Below are positions 36,436-50,611 of a DNA stretch of 64,000 nt, in pieces (position 1 is the stretch's first letter; every line of letters begins with the position of its first letter). The stretch is from assembly GCF_020745735.1 (NCBI RefSeq), contig NC_083426.1:12400001-12464000 (forward strand), written 5' to 3'. The position numbers and the translations under genes are program-made. The DNA is from Hemiscyllium ocellatum (lineage: Eukaryota). The notes under the pieces are model-generated. The model did not search any database. It was not told where the DNA came from and saw only the letters and a list, made by a program, of their open reading frames with translations.

Positions 36436-36640
36436 TAAAAAATGAGGTCTGCAGATGCTGGAGATCACAGCTGCAAATGTGTTGCTGGTCAAAGCACAGC
36501 AGGCCAGGCAGCGTCTCAGGAATAGAGAATTCGACGTTTCGAGCATAATAAGCTGCAGGGCTTATGCTCGAAACGTCGAATTCTCTATTCCTGAGATGCT
36601 GCCTGGCCTGCTGTGCTTTGACCAGCAACACATTTGCAGC
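36436..36640. mobile_element. Fold-back mini Penelope insertion with 15-bp TSD
   Basis: ~80-bp near-perfect inverted arms. tgtatcaccactgag at 36421-36435 and 36641-36655. Confidence 0.88.
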
Positions 36641-37523
36641 TGTATCACCACTGAGCCTTTTTAAGATGTGGTCCATTTCACTCGGTAAAAATGGAATAAA
36701 AAAACACTAGATGTTCACCGAAAATTAGCAACAACAGGTTTGAGAATGGATATTAGATTTCAATGATCTTCATTTACACAAAATTAAACAACAGACATAC
36801 AGATATGACTGCAAATAAAATTTATAAACTTTCAATGCTTTTTGAATCACAGAGTATTATCTGTTTAAAAACAAATGAATAACATGTGCTGGAGACCTGA
36901 ATGAAAATCAGAAGTTGCTGGAAAGGTATGATCAGACAGTATCTGGGGGTTGTTTCGGGTGTCGACTACAATTGTGAAGAATTCTGCACTGATCTATTTC
37001 TGCCCAAATGTGGACTAAATCACACTGCGTTTAATATTCTCCATTTCTGACGGACACTTAATTGGCACTTTTTCCTCATCACCATTGTAACTTCCAAGAA
37101 TGATTTGCTCAGTGTTTCTCTCACACTTACAGTTCCTGCAGCTTATTACCGACAGCTCAGGCTGATGAACTCAGGCTAAAGCCTAACGCTGTGAGCTATC
37201 TGTCCCTGTGCAGAGATATCACTTCAAACCTTCCTTTTCACCAGCAGGAATGACACTATCCTGAAACCTCACTCAAGATCGCAGCAGCAAAGTACATTTG
37301 GCATGCAGGGACATCACAGATGGTGTAGATTAATGGTGAAGTAATGAAGATGAGCAATGCCATCTGAGGGCCAACAAAATAGAAACAATTATTTTCCATT
37401 TGTGCTTTTCAGAAACAATTGAACCTTTAATATGGAACTAACACAGGAGCTCAATATAAACCCAGCACTATTTTCATTTCCAAAATAACAAAAGCTTTCA
37501 TATGTTTGGCTAAAAAATATTGT

Positions 37524-38882
37524 GACTGAAAATGTGTTGCTGGAAAAGCGCAGCAGGTCAGGCAGCATCCAAGGAGCAGGAGAATCGACATTTCTGCCAT
37601 GAGCCTTTCTTCAGGAATGAGGAAAGTGTATCAAGCAGGATAAGATAAAAGGGAGGGAGGAGGGACTTGGGGGAGGGGTGTTGGAAATGCGATAGTTGGA
37701 AGGAGGTTAAGGTGAGGGTGATAGGCCGGAGAGGGGTGGGGGCGGAGAGGTCAGGAAGAAGATTGCAGGTTAGGAAGGCGGTGCTGAGTTCGAGGGTTGG
37801 GACTGAGACAAGGTGGGGGGAGGTCTGAGTTCATCCCTTGTGGTTGGAGGGTTCCTAGGCGGAAGATGAGGCACTCTTCCTCCAGCCATCGTGTTGCTAT
37901 GGTCTGACAATGGCGGAGTCCAAGGACCTGCATGTCCTTGGTGGAGTTGAAGGGGGAGTTGAAGTGTTGAGCCACAGGGTGGTTGGGTTGGTTGGTCCAG
38001 GTGTCCCAGAGGTGTTCTCTGAAACGTTCCACAAGTAGGCGGCCCGTCTCCCCAATATAGAGGAGGCCTCCCCTCCCCATCAGCGTTCCGAAAAGACCAC
38101 TCCTTCTGTGACTCCCTCGTCAGGTCCACACGTTCCACCAACCCAATCTCCACTCCCGGCACCTTCCCCTGCAACTACAAGAAATGCAAAACTTGTACTT
38201 CCCTCCAAGGCCCCAAGGGATCCTTCCACATCTACCACAAATTCACTTGCACCTTCACACACATCATTTACTGCATCAGCTGCACCCGATGTGTCCTCCT
38301 CTATATTGGGGAGACAAGCCGCCTACTTGCAGAACATTTCAGAGAACACCTCTGGGACACCCGGACCAACCAACCCAACCACTCCGTGGCTCAACACTTC
38401 AACTCCCCCCCCACTCCACCAAGGACATGCAGGTCCTTGGACTCCTCCATCGCCAGACCATAGCAACACGACGGCTCATCTTCTGCCTAGGAACCCTCCA
38501 ACGACAGGGGATGAAATCAGACTTCTCTAGTTTCCTCATTTCCCCTCCCCCCACCTTGTCTCAGTCCCAACCCTTAAACTCAGCACCACCTTCCTAACTT
38601 GCAACCTTCTTCCTGAACTCTCCGCCCCCACCCCCACCCTTACTCCGACCTATCACCCTCACCTTAATCTCCTTCCAACTATTGCATTTCCAACACCCTT
38701 CCCCCAAGTCCCTCCTCTCTACCTTTTGTCTTATCCTGCTTGGCACACTTTCCTCATTCTGAAGAAGGGCTCATGCCCGAAACGTCGATTCTCCTGCTCC
38801 TTGGATGCTGCCTGACCTGCTGCGCTTTTCCAGCAACACATTTTCAGCTCTGATCTCCAGCATCTGCAGTCCTCACTTTCTC
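37524..38882. mobile_element. Penelope insertion with an inverted 5' arm and 14-bp TSD
   Basis: GIY-YIG/3' end on the minus strand (37524-~38077) and on the plus strand (~38078-38882). ctaaaaaatattgt at 37510-37523 and 38883-38896. Hammerhead-like core at ~38757-38790. Confidence 0.88.
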
Positions 38883-38934
38883 CTAAAAAATATTGTTAAT
38901 CTCACACACTGAATCAAAACAGAGAATGTAATAC

Positions 38935-39055
38935 TTTTCATGGGAATTCTTTCCTGGGGACTGGTTTTGACTGGTCGAGAAACCTCCACTTGTATTTGGG
39001 GAATGTGTGGTCCCTGGTGATGTTGTTGAAGAAACAGCACAAGTATATTGTTCAC
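38935..39055 (-). CDS. Gene B stalk exon (G)EQYTCAVSSTTSPGTTHSPNTSGGFSTSQNQSPGKNSHE(N)
   Basis: Acceptor cccttgtttcaacag. The YTC..SST.SP start is homologous to the gene A stalk. 121 nt, phase 1 to 2. The donor gtatta is weak, so the 3' boundary is less certain. Confidence 0.72.
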
Positions 39056-39449
39056 CTGTTGAAACAAGGGAATGATGTTCAGATTCATCTCCTTCTCACT
39101 TGTAGTTACCCAAGAGAACCTCATGGACAAGTGGAACCTCATTACTTGGGTAAAAGCCCTTTTGATATCATGGAGTTTTGCATTATTTCCCCTTCCCTGG
39201 TAACAATACACCTGATAAGGGCTAATTCTACTGAAAATGTTAGAGTCACAGTCAGCGCGGAAATAGACCCTTCGGTTCAACACATCAGTGCCAAAGTAAA
39301 ATAGCCCCACTTGTCTGCGTTTGGTCCATATCCCTCTAAACATTTCTTATTCATGCAGCTATTCAAATGTCTTTTAAATACTGTAACTGTACCTTCATCT
39401 ACCATGTCCTCTGGCCTTTCACTCCACATCGTCATTTACATAAATTATT

Positions 39450-42240
39450 TGTGTGTGAACATAGGAGCTACAGTTAGTAATTATATGTTGCAGGTGACAA
39501 CAAAATTGCAGCTTTACTGTACAACAAAGAAGGTTAGCTCCAGGTACAATGGGATCGTGATCAGATGGGCCAATGGGCGAGGGATTGGCAGATGGATTTT
39601 AATGTGAGGTGCTGCATTTTGGAAAGGCAAATCAGAGCAGGACTCATCCACTTAATGGGAAGGTCCAGGAGGGTATTGCTGAACAAAGAAACCTTGGAGT
39701 GTAGGTTCATAGCTCCTTAAAAGTAGAGTCAGAGGTAGCTAGGGCCGTGAAGAAGCTGTTTGGTATGCTTTCCTTTATTGGTCAGAGCATTGAGTGTCGG
39801 AGTTGGGAGGTCATGTTGTGGCTAAACAGGACATTAGTTTGGCCACTTTTGGAATATTGTGTGCAATTCTGATCTCCTTCCTATCGGAAGGATATTGTGA
39901 AATTTGGAAGGCTTCAGAAAATGTTTACAAAGGTCTTGCTGGGTTGAAGGATTTGAGCTATCGGGAGAGGCTGAATAGGCTGGGGGTATTTTTCCCTGGA
40001 GCATTGGAATCTGAGGGGTAACCTTATAGAGATTTAGAAAATCATGAGGGGTATGGATATGGTAAATAGACAATGTCTTTTCCTTGGGGTGGGGGAGTTC
40101 AGAACGAGAGGTCATAGGTTTAGTGTGAGAGGGAAAATATATAAGAGGAACCTGAGGGACAATGTTTTCACACTGAGGATGGTGCGTGTATGGAATGAGC
40201 TGCCAGAGGAAGCGGTAGAGGCTTGTACAATTATAACATTTAGAGTCATAGAGATGTACAGCATGGAAACAGACCCTATGGTCAAACCCATCCATGCCCA
40301 CCAGGTATCCCAACCCAATCTATTCCCACCTGCCAGCACCCGGTTCATATCCCTCCAAACCCTTCCTATTCATATACCCATCCAAATGCCTCTTAAATGT
40401 TGCAATTGTCCCAGCCTCCACCACTTCCTCTGGCAGCTCATTCCATGCATGTCCTACCCTTTGCGTGAAAAAGTTGCCCCATAGGTCTCATTTATATCTT
40501 TCCCCTCTCACCCTAAACCTATGACCTCTAGTTCTGGACTCCTCGACATCAGGGAAAAGACTTTGCCAATTCACCCTATCTATACCCCTCATAATTTTGT
40601 AAACCTCTATAAGGTCACCCCTCAGCCTCCGATGCTCCAGGGAAATCAGCCCCAGCCTGTTCAGCCTCTCCCTGTAGCTCAAATCCTCCAGTCCCGGCAA
40701 CATCGTTGTAAATCTTTTCTGAACCCTTTCAAGTATCTGCCACCTCTCAGCCCATTGGCCCATCTGGTGAAGAATGATCTGGATGAATATATGAATAGGA
40801 ATGATTCAGAGGGATATGGATCAAGTGCTGGCAGGTGGGACTAGATTAGGTTGGGATATCTGGTTAGCATGGACGAGTTGGACCTCTCCTAGCCTAGGGA
40901 AAAAAATATTTTGCTATTCACCTTATCTATGCCTCTCATGTTTTATACACCTCGATAAAGTCACCCCTCAACCTCCTACCTCCAGTGGAAAAACTCCCAG
41001 CCTATCCTTATCATTCAAACCCTCTAGTCACGGCAAAATCTTGGTAAATCTTTGCTGTAACCTCTTCAATTTAATAATGACTTGCCGAAAGCAGAACGAC
41101 TAGAAGTGTACACAGTTTCCAAAAGTGGCCTCACCATCATTCTGTACCAGCTCAACATGATGTTCCAACTCCTACACACAATGGTCTGAGCAATGATTGT
41201 AAGCATGATAAATATCTTCTTAACCACCCTGTCCACCTGTGATACAAATTTCAAAGATCCCCTGGGTCTCTCTGCTTGACAGCACTACCCAGGGCCCTAC
41301 TTTTAATTGTATTAGTCCTGTCCTTGTTTGTTTTACCAAAAGGCTATAACTCACATTGATCCAAATTAAACTCCATCTGCCACTACTCAGCCCATTGGCC
41401 CAATTGATCAAGATCCCTTTGTAATTGTAGATAACCTTTGTCACTGTCAACAATACCATCAATTTTGGTGTCATCCATGAACTTACGAACCATGCCTTCT
41501 AATTTCTCATTCAACTTGTTGATATAAATTACACCGATCCCTGTTGAACACCACTAGTCGAAGGCTTCCAATCCAAACAAATGACCCTCCACAACCACGC
41601 TCTGTCTCCTGACATTAAGCTGATTTTGTATTCTATTGACAAGCTCAGCCTGAATTCCATGAGATCTAACTTTATGAATTAGTCTACCATGTAGAACCTT
41701 TGTTACTAAAGTCCATATAGACAACATCTACTGCGCTAATCTCGCAATATTTTTGGCCACATTCTCAAAAAACTCAATCAAGTTTAGAACGCACGATTTC
41801 CCACGTACTATCCATAATCAGTTCTTGCCTCTCTAAATGCCTGTAAATCTGATCTCTCAAAATCCCCTTCAACAACTTACCCACCACTGATGTCAGATTC
41901 AGGCCTATAATTCTCAGGCTTCTCCATACAACCTTTCCTAAATTAAGGTGTAATATTAGCCACCTTCCAGTCCTCCGGTACCTCACCGTGACTGCGGATG
42001 ATACGAGTATCTTTGCTTTGAGGCCCTACGATTTCTTCCCAAATTGCCCACACTGTTCTAGGAGACACTTGGTCGGTTCCTGGAGATTTATCCATCGTTC
42101 TGTATTTTAAGACGATCAGCACTTCCCCTTCTGTAATGTGGACTATTTTAAAGACATCAATGTCCATTTCCCTGAGTTCCCTAATCTCCATGTCTTTCTC
42201 CACAGTAAAATATTCAAAATATTTGTTTAGTATCTCCCCC
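39450..42240. mobile_element. Nested CR1 fragments in both orientations
   Basis: CR1 RT and 3'UTR pieces on + (~39450-40250, ~40750-40880) and - (~40240-40760, ~40880-42240). Confidence 0.8.
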
Positions 42241-42378
42241 ATTTGTGACGGACTTGGTTGAAGGAAGCAAATGGCTGTAATGCAGCAATGGAGTTGTTGC
42301 AATGTTTCTCCAGGCTGTGGGCAGGATGTTATGTACCTGCTCATTTTCCAAGTACAAGACTGTTTGCATCACACTTAC

Positions 42379-42702
42379 CGATGCTGTTGATCTGTATCCT
42401 ATAACTGCAGTTCTTCTCTCTTACATTGTTGACTGACACATGAACAATTTCACTGGGTTTTGTTCCCTGAGTATTTGAGGCTGTGCAGTAATATTGATGA
42501 TGTTGCTGTGTGAAGGATTGACAATGTAGATCCAGTTTATTGGTGTAAGAGATCTTTGAATCTTGAGATGGGGTCTTCTCAGACCATGTGTAGTGAATGG
42601 GGAGGGATCCCTGGGCAGATTCACAGGAGACTGTCACGGGACCCCCAGAACATGAGACATTTGGTTGGGATAAAAATCGAAGCCCAGGAACAGAGACGGC
42701 TT
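42379..42702 (-). CDS. Gene B membrane-proximal C2 exon (domain 4)
   Basis: cccacag / G|gtaagt. 324 nt, phase 1-1, open frame, paralog of 22028-22351. Confidence 0.92.
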
Positions 42703-42835
42703 CTGTGGGAAAGAAACAATTATTGAGAGATCAAAAAATCAAATATACTCCAAAACCTGACCACTTTTATTTCTGGTTAAAATATTGATCAGACATATCA
42801 GCAAAGCGTAATGTAAAAATCACTGAGATATTTAC

Positions 42836-43150
42836 CTTCAGAGATGTGCAGATTCACATTAAACATGAGGTCAGAGTAAATACCAGGAATCTGAATCCCA
42901 CAGCTGTACCATCCGGCATCTTCCCATTGAAGATTCTTCATTGTGACAAGAAATATTCCTTGTGTTTTGTTATCAGTGATTGATATTCTCCCATTTGGCC
43001 AATCAGTTTTTGCTATAATATTACATGAACGATTCCTTCCATGACACCAATATTTCACATTTGATTGGTACCACCAATTTTCATAGTAACAAGATATTGT
43101 GATCGCTCTTCCCAAAATTCCACTGACGTGTTTCGCTGCCATTAAAACAT
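42836..43150 (-). CDS. Gene B second V exon (domain 3): (D)VLMAAKHVSGILGRAITISCYYENWWYQSNVKYWCHGRNRSC...YSCGIQIPGIYSDLMFNVNLHISE(G)
   Basis: cagttacag / G|gtaaat. 315 nt, phase 1-1, open frame. Confidence 0.92.
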
Positions 43151-43799
43151 CTGTAACTGAAGTGACAATATTTCAGAAATTTAACTGGAAAGAATAACTT
43201 AATAAACACAGATACATTTTAATCAGCTGTACTCCATCCAGTACATGATGAAGGTAATCATTCATATAAACCATTATCACAGTCTCAGGCTGTTCCAAAT
43301 TCCCAGGGAATGATTGAAACAGTCAGGATATTTTCTTACCTCCCTGGTCGAGCTTTGGGACAATCTTGAAATTGGGCTTGTGCTGCCCGCTGTGGGCTCT
43401 AACCCCACCGTGTGTGACATCATCAAAATTTTGTCCCCCTGGAGAGCAGCCTGAGTGATAGGCCTGGATTGGAATCGGCTGGGGATCAGGGTGAAGGAGG
43501 GTACAGGTGCTGAAGGGTCCTTACTCCGACCTGAGAAGGAGGGTTTCATCCAGGGAGGAGAGGTGTGTGTGTGGACTCATGGAGGGCTCAGGTGTTGCAT
43601 TTTCAGGGCTCAAGGAGCAGACACAGCAGGTGACCCAGGACGATGATGTGAGCCCTTGTGTAGGAAATAAAGATAATTCAGCTTCTGCCAGGGATGTTTC
43701 ACAATGTGGGAGAGAGATCAATGTGCAGGACCTTGATGGCAACAAGGGCAGGATTATTTGTAATCACATATTGCTGAGAATGTAAGGAGGGTAAAATCA

Positions 43800-43895
43800 C
43801 CACCTGCTCTCCGGACGCTGACTGACCTGCTGTGTTTTTCCAGCACCACACTCTCGACTCTGATCTCCAGCATCCACAGTCCTCACTTTCTCCTC
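43800..43895 (+). mobile_element. Short Penelope 3'-terminal fragment
   Basis: gacctgctgtgtttttccagca...ctccagcatccacagtcctcactttctcct. Absent from the paralogous position near 23440. Confidence 0.7.
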
Positions 43896-46315
43896 AAAGT
43901 CAGTTACTGACTGTTCCAGAGAGATGTTTCATGAGAAAATGTATAAATTGCTGTGCCATTAGGTTCTGGTGTGAAAGAGGAGCAGCCTGTCGATGTCTGG
44001 CTAGACTTTAGTTCAATAAATACCAGACCAACAATTTTGTTGAGAGAATTGCCTTTTGTGTGGGGTACAATTCTTTAATAAAGTGACAGAAAGGATATTA
44101 AGTGTAAGTGAAGAGGTGGTGGGGAGAGAAGAAAGGGAGATAGATACATGAATGATTAAAGGTGATGAAGGTCAGAAAGCAGTGATCTTATTGGAAAAAG
44201 GAAGCTCTGGAAGAAAGAGAATTATGAAAACAGAGAAATGCACCCTTCAGGTTTCTGTCCGTGAATTATTCTGCATGAAATTCATGGGCTCCAGCCACAA
44301 AATGTTTCCGGAAGGTTTCTTGTAACAGAATTGACTAAGTCATAGTCTAGAGTAATGCTACATTGGGCATTTTAATTTTGAGTGTTTGAAAATTTCTTGA
44401 CAATAAATGGAGGGATGGAAATGATGAACAAAAATGTTATCTTAGTGTTACACTGTAATGTGTAATTCAATGAGATTGAAAGAGAGTAAACAACTTCATT
44501 CAAGTTAAAGACTGAATGGAAAAAGGCTTTTAGTGGGAAGAGAAATATAAACCACCCACCTACTTTTGTGACTGAATCTCACAAAACAATGTTTAATGAA
44601 CAGCACTCCAAAACAGAAAAGTAATAAAAGCAAACGCAAGATGTTTTGTTTGAGGAGTTATTACCACTCCTGTTTCCAGAGTGTGTTCTACATTAAAGAC
44701 TTTGGAAAAATTAAAATTATTATACTGGTATGTTCACTTAAAAGAAACATTATTTGGTCTTTTTTTTCATTCATAATTAATAATGTTGCTCTTCAGTATT
44801 TGGGAACTCTGTCACAAGGGCTTATAATATGTTCAGGAGAAGATCGAACCCTCTCCTCAACCTTCCTGTTGCAGTGATCAGAATTGTACACTGTGCTCCA
44901 AGAGTGGCCTCAGCAACATCTTATACAACCACAATCCATTAGTCCAAAAATCATCCTTCATGACCACCCTCTGTCTCCTGTCCCAAACCAAATTTGTATC
45001 TGATTGGCAAGCTTACCCTGAATCCCATGTGATCTAACTTTACTGATTAGTCTACCCTGCGGACCCCTGTCATTAATGTCTGTGTAGACAATGTATACTG
45101 CTGTGTTGTCATCAATTGTTTTGGTTACTTCATGAAAAATCTCAGTCAGGTTTGGACAGCACGATTTCCCTCACTCTATCCCAAATCAGCTCTTGACTCT
45201 CCAAATGCATGTAAATCCTATCTCTCAGAATCCACTGCAACAACCAACCCATCACAGATATCCGAATCACAGCTCTCGAGTTCCCAAGCTTCTCTTCACA
45301 GTCTTTCTTATAAAGGCACAACATTAACCACCCTCCAGTCCTTCAGCACCTCGCCCATGGCTGTGGATGTTGCAAATATCTCTGCTTGAGATGCCCCAAT
45401 GTCCTTCTCCAACTTCCCACATCATCCTCGGATACACTTGATCAGGTCCCAGTGATTTATCCACTTTTAAGTTTTTTACGACCTCCAAAACTTCTTCTTG
45501 TATAATATGGAGTGTGTTTTATGAAATCAATATTTATTTCCTGGAGCTTCCTCTCCTCTATGTCATTTTCCATTGTAGAAACTCCTTTGAAATATTTGTT
45601 CAGTATCTCTCCCATCTCCTGTAGTTCCCCACATGACGATCCCGGTTATTTTTCCCTGAATCTGAGAGTTGGTGTGTTACATTGGGGTTTGTAAAAGGGT
45701 TTGGGCTGCTAACGACAACCCAGATATCCCAATTGTTTAGAACCACGGGTTTCACATGGAGCTGTCCCTTGCCGACATAGACAGTGGTCACTTCCATCCT
45801 CTTGAGGTCTGTTTTCTGAGCCTGCAGGAATAATGTGAAACCTCATCCTCACACCGACACAACCCGCCAGTGGTTTTCCATCTCCTGAAGTGTGAGAATC
45901 CATGAGACAGACAGATGAGGTTCCCCATCTCCAGGGAATACACAGTCAACACGGGTTGGGTTTTTTTTAATGTGAATCATTTCTGCAACAAATAAACTAT
46001 GAACTCTTTATTTTTTAGTCTTTAATGGACAGCTTTTGTTGTCCATTCCAATTGCCCCTGACTGAGTGGTTTTCTAAGCCATTTGAAGCAGGCAGTTTAG
46101 GACAAAGTACATTACTGGAGTCTGATGTGGAGCAGACTTGGAAATGGTGGCAGATATCATTGCCTAAAGGACGTTGATAAATCAGAAGGGTTTTGGTGCT
46201 TTCGAGAATCTGAGGAGATCCCAAAATACTTCCCAATCTGTGAAGTACTCATTTGAAGAAAGAAAACAGTTGGAAGGCAGCAAAAAGAGTATTCTGGGTA
46301 ATCCAAGATGGAGGA

Positions 46316-49300
46316 TGGGAAAAATTTCTGGCCGTAACAGGCTGCTCCTTTTTTGAGGTATTTCAGGTGTTGAAGGTGATCTCCTTGAATTCCAGGAGCA
46401 GCAAATACTGTTTAAGTGCTGCTGCATTGTTTTGGAACTTTGGGCAAAAAATGTCAAATTAGCAGCACTTTTAAAAGGGGGAGGAACAGACAAAGGCAAC
46501 ACATGGTTAGGTCAGTGCAGGACAGGGAGACAGAAAAGGAAACCCACACTGCTAACTGACACAGCAGTGAACCTGCACAGTTACTGCCTTTGTTGTTTGA
46601 ATTGATGTATTACTGGACATCGTAGTGCGTCTGAGAAAATTAACAGACAGTGAAATTGACAACTCATCTTGGAGGAACCTGTTTCGGAGAGGTCACAGCT
46701 CAGAAACAGATAAGTGAATATTTCTAAGTGTGGCCTTACAGAAAGTCTGCAGTAGTGAGTAGAGTGGATTCTTTCTTGATTATATGTTTTATTGAAATAT
46801 GTCTCTTGATTAAACTTAAAAATATAAGCATTAAGTTAGCCTGGAGCAGGAGAGGAATAAGACAGTCCTACTTTCTGGGTCTGCAAATTGGAAGAAGCAA
46901 AAATGGCCTTGTGAAGAGCGATATGCCCTTCCTGTTAGATGTGATCATTCTGAGAGAGTTTACATGTTACTGAGAATTATATCTGCAATAAATGCTTTTT
47001 TGGTTGCAAATCCTTTCATATCGAATCTATCGGTTGGAGAGACAGTTAAGGGCAATGAAGAATTTACAAGAGCAAGGAGGTGTGATGGATGGCAGTTATA
47101 GGAAGGGGGAAAAGTTGCAGATACAGTCACATAGATGGGTTATGGCCAGGAAAGGTAGGAGAGGTAGGCAGGTAATGCAGGGTTTTCTGTGACTATCCCC
47201 ATTTCAAACAGGTATGCTGTTTTGGAAAATGCAGGGGGTGATGGATTCTCAGGTGAACGTAGCAAGAACAGCCAAGTTTCTGGTATTGAGATTGGCTCTG
47301 ATGCAATGAGGGGTATGTCGAGTTCCAAGAGATCACTTGTGTTAGGGCCCTCTCTAGTCCGAGGTACAGACAGATGTTTCTGTGGCCATCAGCGAGAAAG
47401 CAGAATGATGTGTTGCTTCCCTGGCGCCAGGATCAAGGATATCTCAGAGGGGGTGCAGAATGTTCTCACAGGGGAGAGGGATCAGCATGAGATCATTGTC
47501 CATGTCGGAAAGAATAACATAGGAAGGGAAACGGTTAAGATTCAGAAGGGAGATTACAGAGAGTTTTGCAGGAATTTAAAAAGGAGATCCTCGAGAGTAG
47601 TAATATCTGGATTACCCCCAGTGCTACGAGCTAGTGAGGGCAAGAATAGGAGGATAGAGCAGATGAATGCATGGCTTAGGAGCTGGTATATGGGAGAAGG
47701 ATTCACACATTTGGATCATTGGAATCTCTTCTGGGGTAGAAATGACCTGGACAAGGGGGACGGATTGCTCCTGAATTGGAAGGGGACTAATATACTGGCA
47801 GGGAAATTTGCTAGAGCGGGTCTGGAGGATTTAAACTAGTAAGGTGTTGGTGGGGGGTGGGGGAGTTGGTGGAGGGTGTTGGGGGTGGTGGGGTGGGGAC
47901 TGAGGGAGATAGTGAGGAAAGAGATCAATCTGAGACTGGTACAGTTGAGAACAGAAGTGAGTCAAACAGTCAGGGCAGACAGGGACAAAGCATAGAACAA
48001 GGTGGGACTGTTAAATTAAACTGCATTTATTTCAATGCAAGGAGCCTAACAGGGAAGGCAGATGAACTCAGGGCATGGTTGGGAACATGGGACTGGGATA
48101 TCACAGCAAATACAGGGACATGGCTCAGGGATGGGCAGAAATGGCAGCTTAATGTTGCAGTATACAAATGCTACAGAAAGGATAGAAAGGGAGGCAAGAG
48201 AGGAGGGACAGTGGCGTTTTTGATAAGGGATAGCCTTACAGCTGTGCTGAGGGAGGATATTCCTGGAAATACATCCAGGGAAGTTATCTGGGGGAAACTG
48301 AGAAATAAGTAAAGGATGATAACCTTATTTGGATTGTATTATTGACCCTCGAACAGTCAGAGGGAAATTGAGAAACAAACTTGTCAGGAGATCTCAGCTT
48401 TCTGTAAGAATAAGAGGGTGGTTATGGTAGGGGACTTTAACTTTCCAAACATAAACTGGGACTGCCATAATGTTAACGGTTTAGATGGAGAGGAATTTGT
48501 TAAGTGCGGACACCTTGCAAAATGTCCATATTACAGAGGAGGAAGTGCAGGATGTCTTGAAATGCATAAACATGAATAAATCTCCAGGACTTGATCAGGT
48601 GTACCCTAGAACTCTGTGGGAAGCTAGAGAAGTGATTGCTGGGCCTCGTGCTGAGATTTTTGGATCATACATAGTCACAGGTGAGGTGCCAGGAGACTGG
48701 AGGTTGCTCACATGGTGCTACTGTTTAAGAAGATTAGTAAGGACAAGCCAGCGATCTATAACCATGAGCCTGATGTCAGTGGTGGGCAAGTTGTTGGAGG
48801 GAATCCTGAGGGAGAGGATATGCAACTATTTGGAAAGGCATGGACTGATGAGGGATAATCAACATGTCTCTGTGCGTGGGAAATCATGTCTCACAAACTT
48901 GATTGAGGTTTTTGAAAAAAGTAACAAAGAGGATTGATAAAGGCAGAATGGTAGATGTCATCTATATGGACTTCAGTAAAGTGTTTGACACGTTTCCCAA
49001 TGGGAGATCGATTAGCAAGGTTAGATCTCATGGAATACAGGGAGAACTAGCCATTTAGATACAGAGAAGAAAGTTATCTCAGATTACAACAGGATCTTGA
49101 TTAGATGGGCCAATGGGCTGAGAAGTGGCAGATGGAGTTTAATTCAGATAAATGCGAGGTGCTGCATTTTTGGAAAGCAAATCTTCGTAGGACTGGTGAG
49201 GTCCTCGAGAGTGTTGCTGAACAAAGAGACCTTGGAGTGCAAATTCATAGCTCCTTGAAAGTGGAGTCGCAGGCAGATTGGATAGAGAAGAAGGCATTTG

Positions 49301-49926
49301 ATATGTTTCCTTTTCTTGGTCAGAGTATTGAGTACAGGTGTTGGGAGGTCATGATGCAACTGTACAGGGTATTGGTTCGGCTTCTGCTGGAATATTGTCT
49401 GCAATTTTGGTTGTCTTTCTATCAGAAAGATGTTGTGAAACTTGAAAGGGTTCAGAAAAGATTTACAAGGATGTTGTCAGGGTTGGATGATTTGAACTAT
49501 AGAGAGAGGATGAACAGGCTGGGATTATTTTCCCTGGAGGTGTGACCTTATAGAGGTTTACAACATTATGGATAAATGTATGGATAGGATAAACAGATAA
49601 AGACTTTTTCCTGGGTGGGGAGTCCAGAACTAGCGAGCATAGGTTTAGTGTGAGAGGGGAAAGATCTAAAAGAGACCTAAGAGGTAACTTATGCACACAG
49701 AGGGTGGTGCATGGAATAAATGTGCTGCCAGAGGAAGTGGTGGAGGCTGATACAATTGCAACATTTAAAAGGCATCTGGATGGGTATATGAACAGGAAGG
49801 GTTTGGAGGGATATGGGCCTGGTGCTGGCAGGTGGGAATAGATTGGGTTGGGATATCTGGTCAGCATGGACGAGTTGAATCAAAGGGTTTGTTTCCATGC
49901 TATACATCTCTATGACTCTATGACTC
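46316..49926 (+). mobile_element. 5'-complete CR1 LINE with internal ORF2 deletions
   Basis: Same 5' start as the element at 51528. SGNH esterase ORF1 (47189-47839), APE and RT fragments, (ctctatga)n tail. Confidence 0.92.
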
Positions 49927-50611
49927 ATGAATGCTTGCTCAGACACTAGGAGAACCTCTATTCTGTAAATAGTTTACAAATGGTGCCATTCCTAAAGGGG
50001 GAACAGGTTCTCAGTTTATCACCTCATCGACATTGTCTCACCTGCCACAGCACCGCATTACTTCTCTCTGCTGGGCAGTGGGATCCAGCTGGATTTTAAC
50101 CCTGAAGGGGAACTGGAACCCCCAACATGCTGGCATCAAAAGTGAGAGTGCAGCCACATGAGCTGCTGCTGATAGTTCCAAATACAGTTCCCGTGTGTCA
50201 CTTCGACTTGATGCTGACTTGCTTCTTCTCTGACAGCTCAAACAGATCAGATCAGGAAATGGCTGCAGGCAATATTTACAGGTATTTCATTGTACAACTG
50301 ATCGCCACTCTCTCCCCAATATCGGCCCTAAATCTGGACACAACAGTTATGGACGGAATTTAAAATTCCATTTGTTAGAAAAATGCAAATTCTCCATCAA
50401 TCAAATGCTGTTTTAATTTTGCGGGGATTATTGAAGTTGTTCCAATGTTTCTGCATGATGTGCTTAGTATTTTTTGGACCTCCACATTTTCTAACTGCAG
50501 TGCAAACCATTGGATTTGTTCAGAAATGACGAAGAAACAAATGAAGTGCATTTTATCAATTACATTTCCCAGAGACAGATAATAAACAAACATTGTTTAC
50601 ATCACACTTAC

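Noticed and set aside
37125-37210. Strong gtaagt donor in the gene B stalk-TM intron
   Set aside because: All three frames from the nearest good acceptor contain stops.
38873-39343. 156-aa ORF
   Set aside because: Off-frame read-through across the stalk exon and CR1 tail. No coherent protein.
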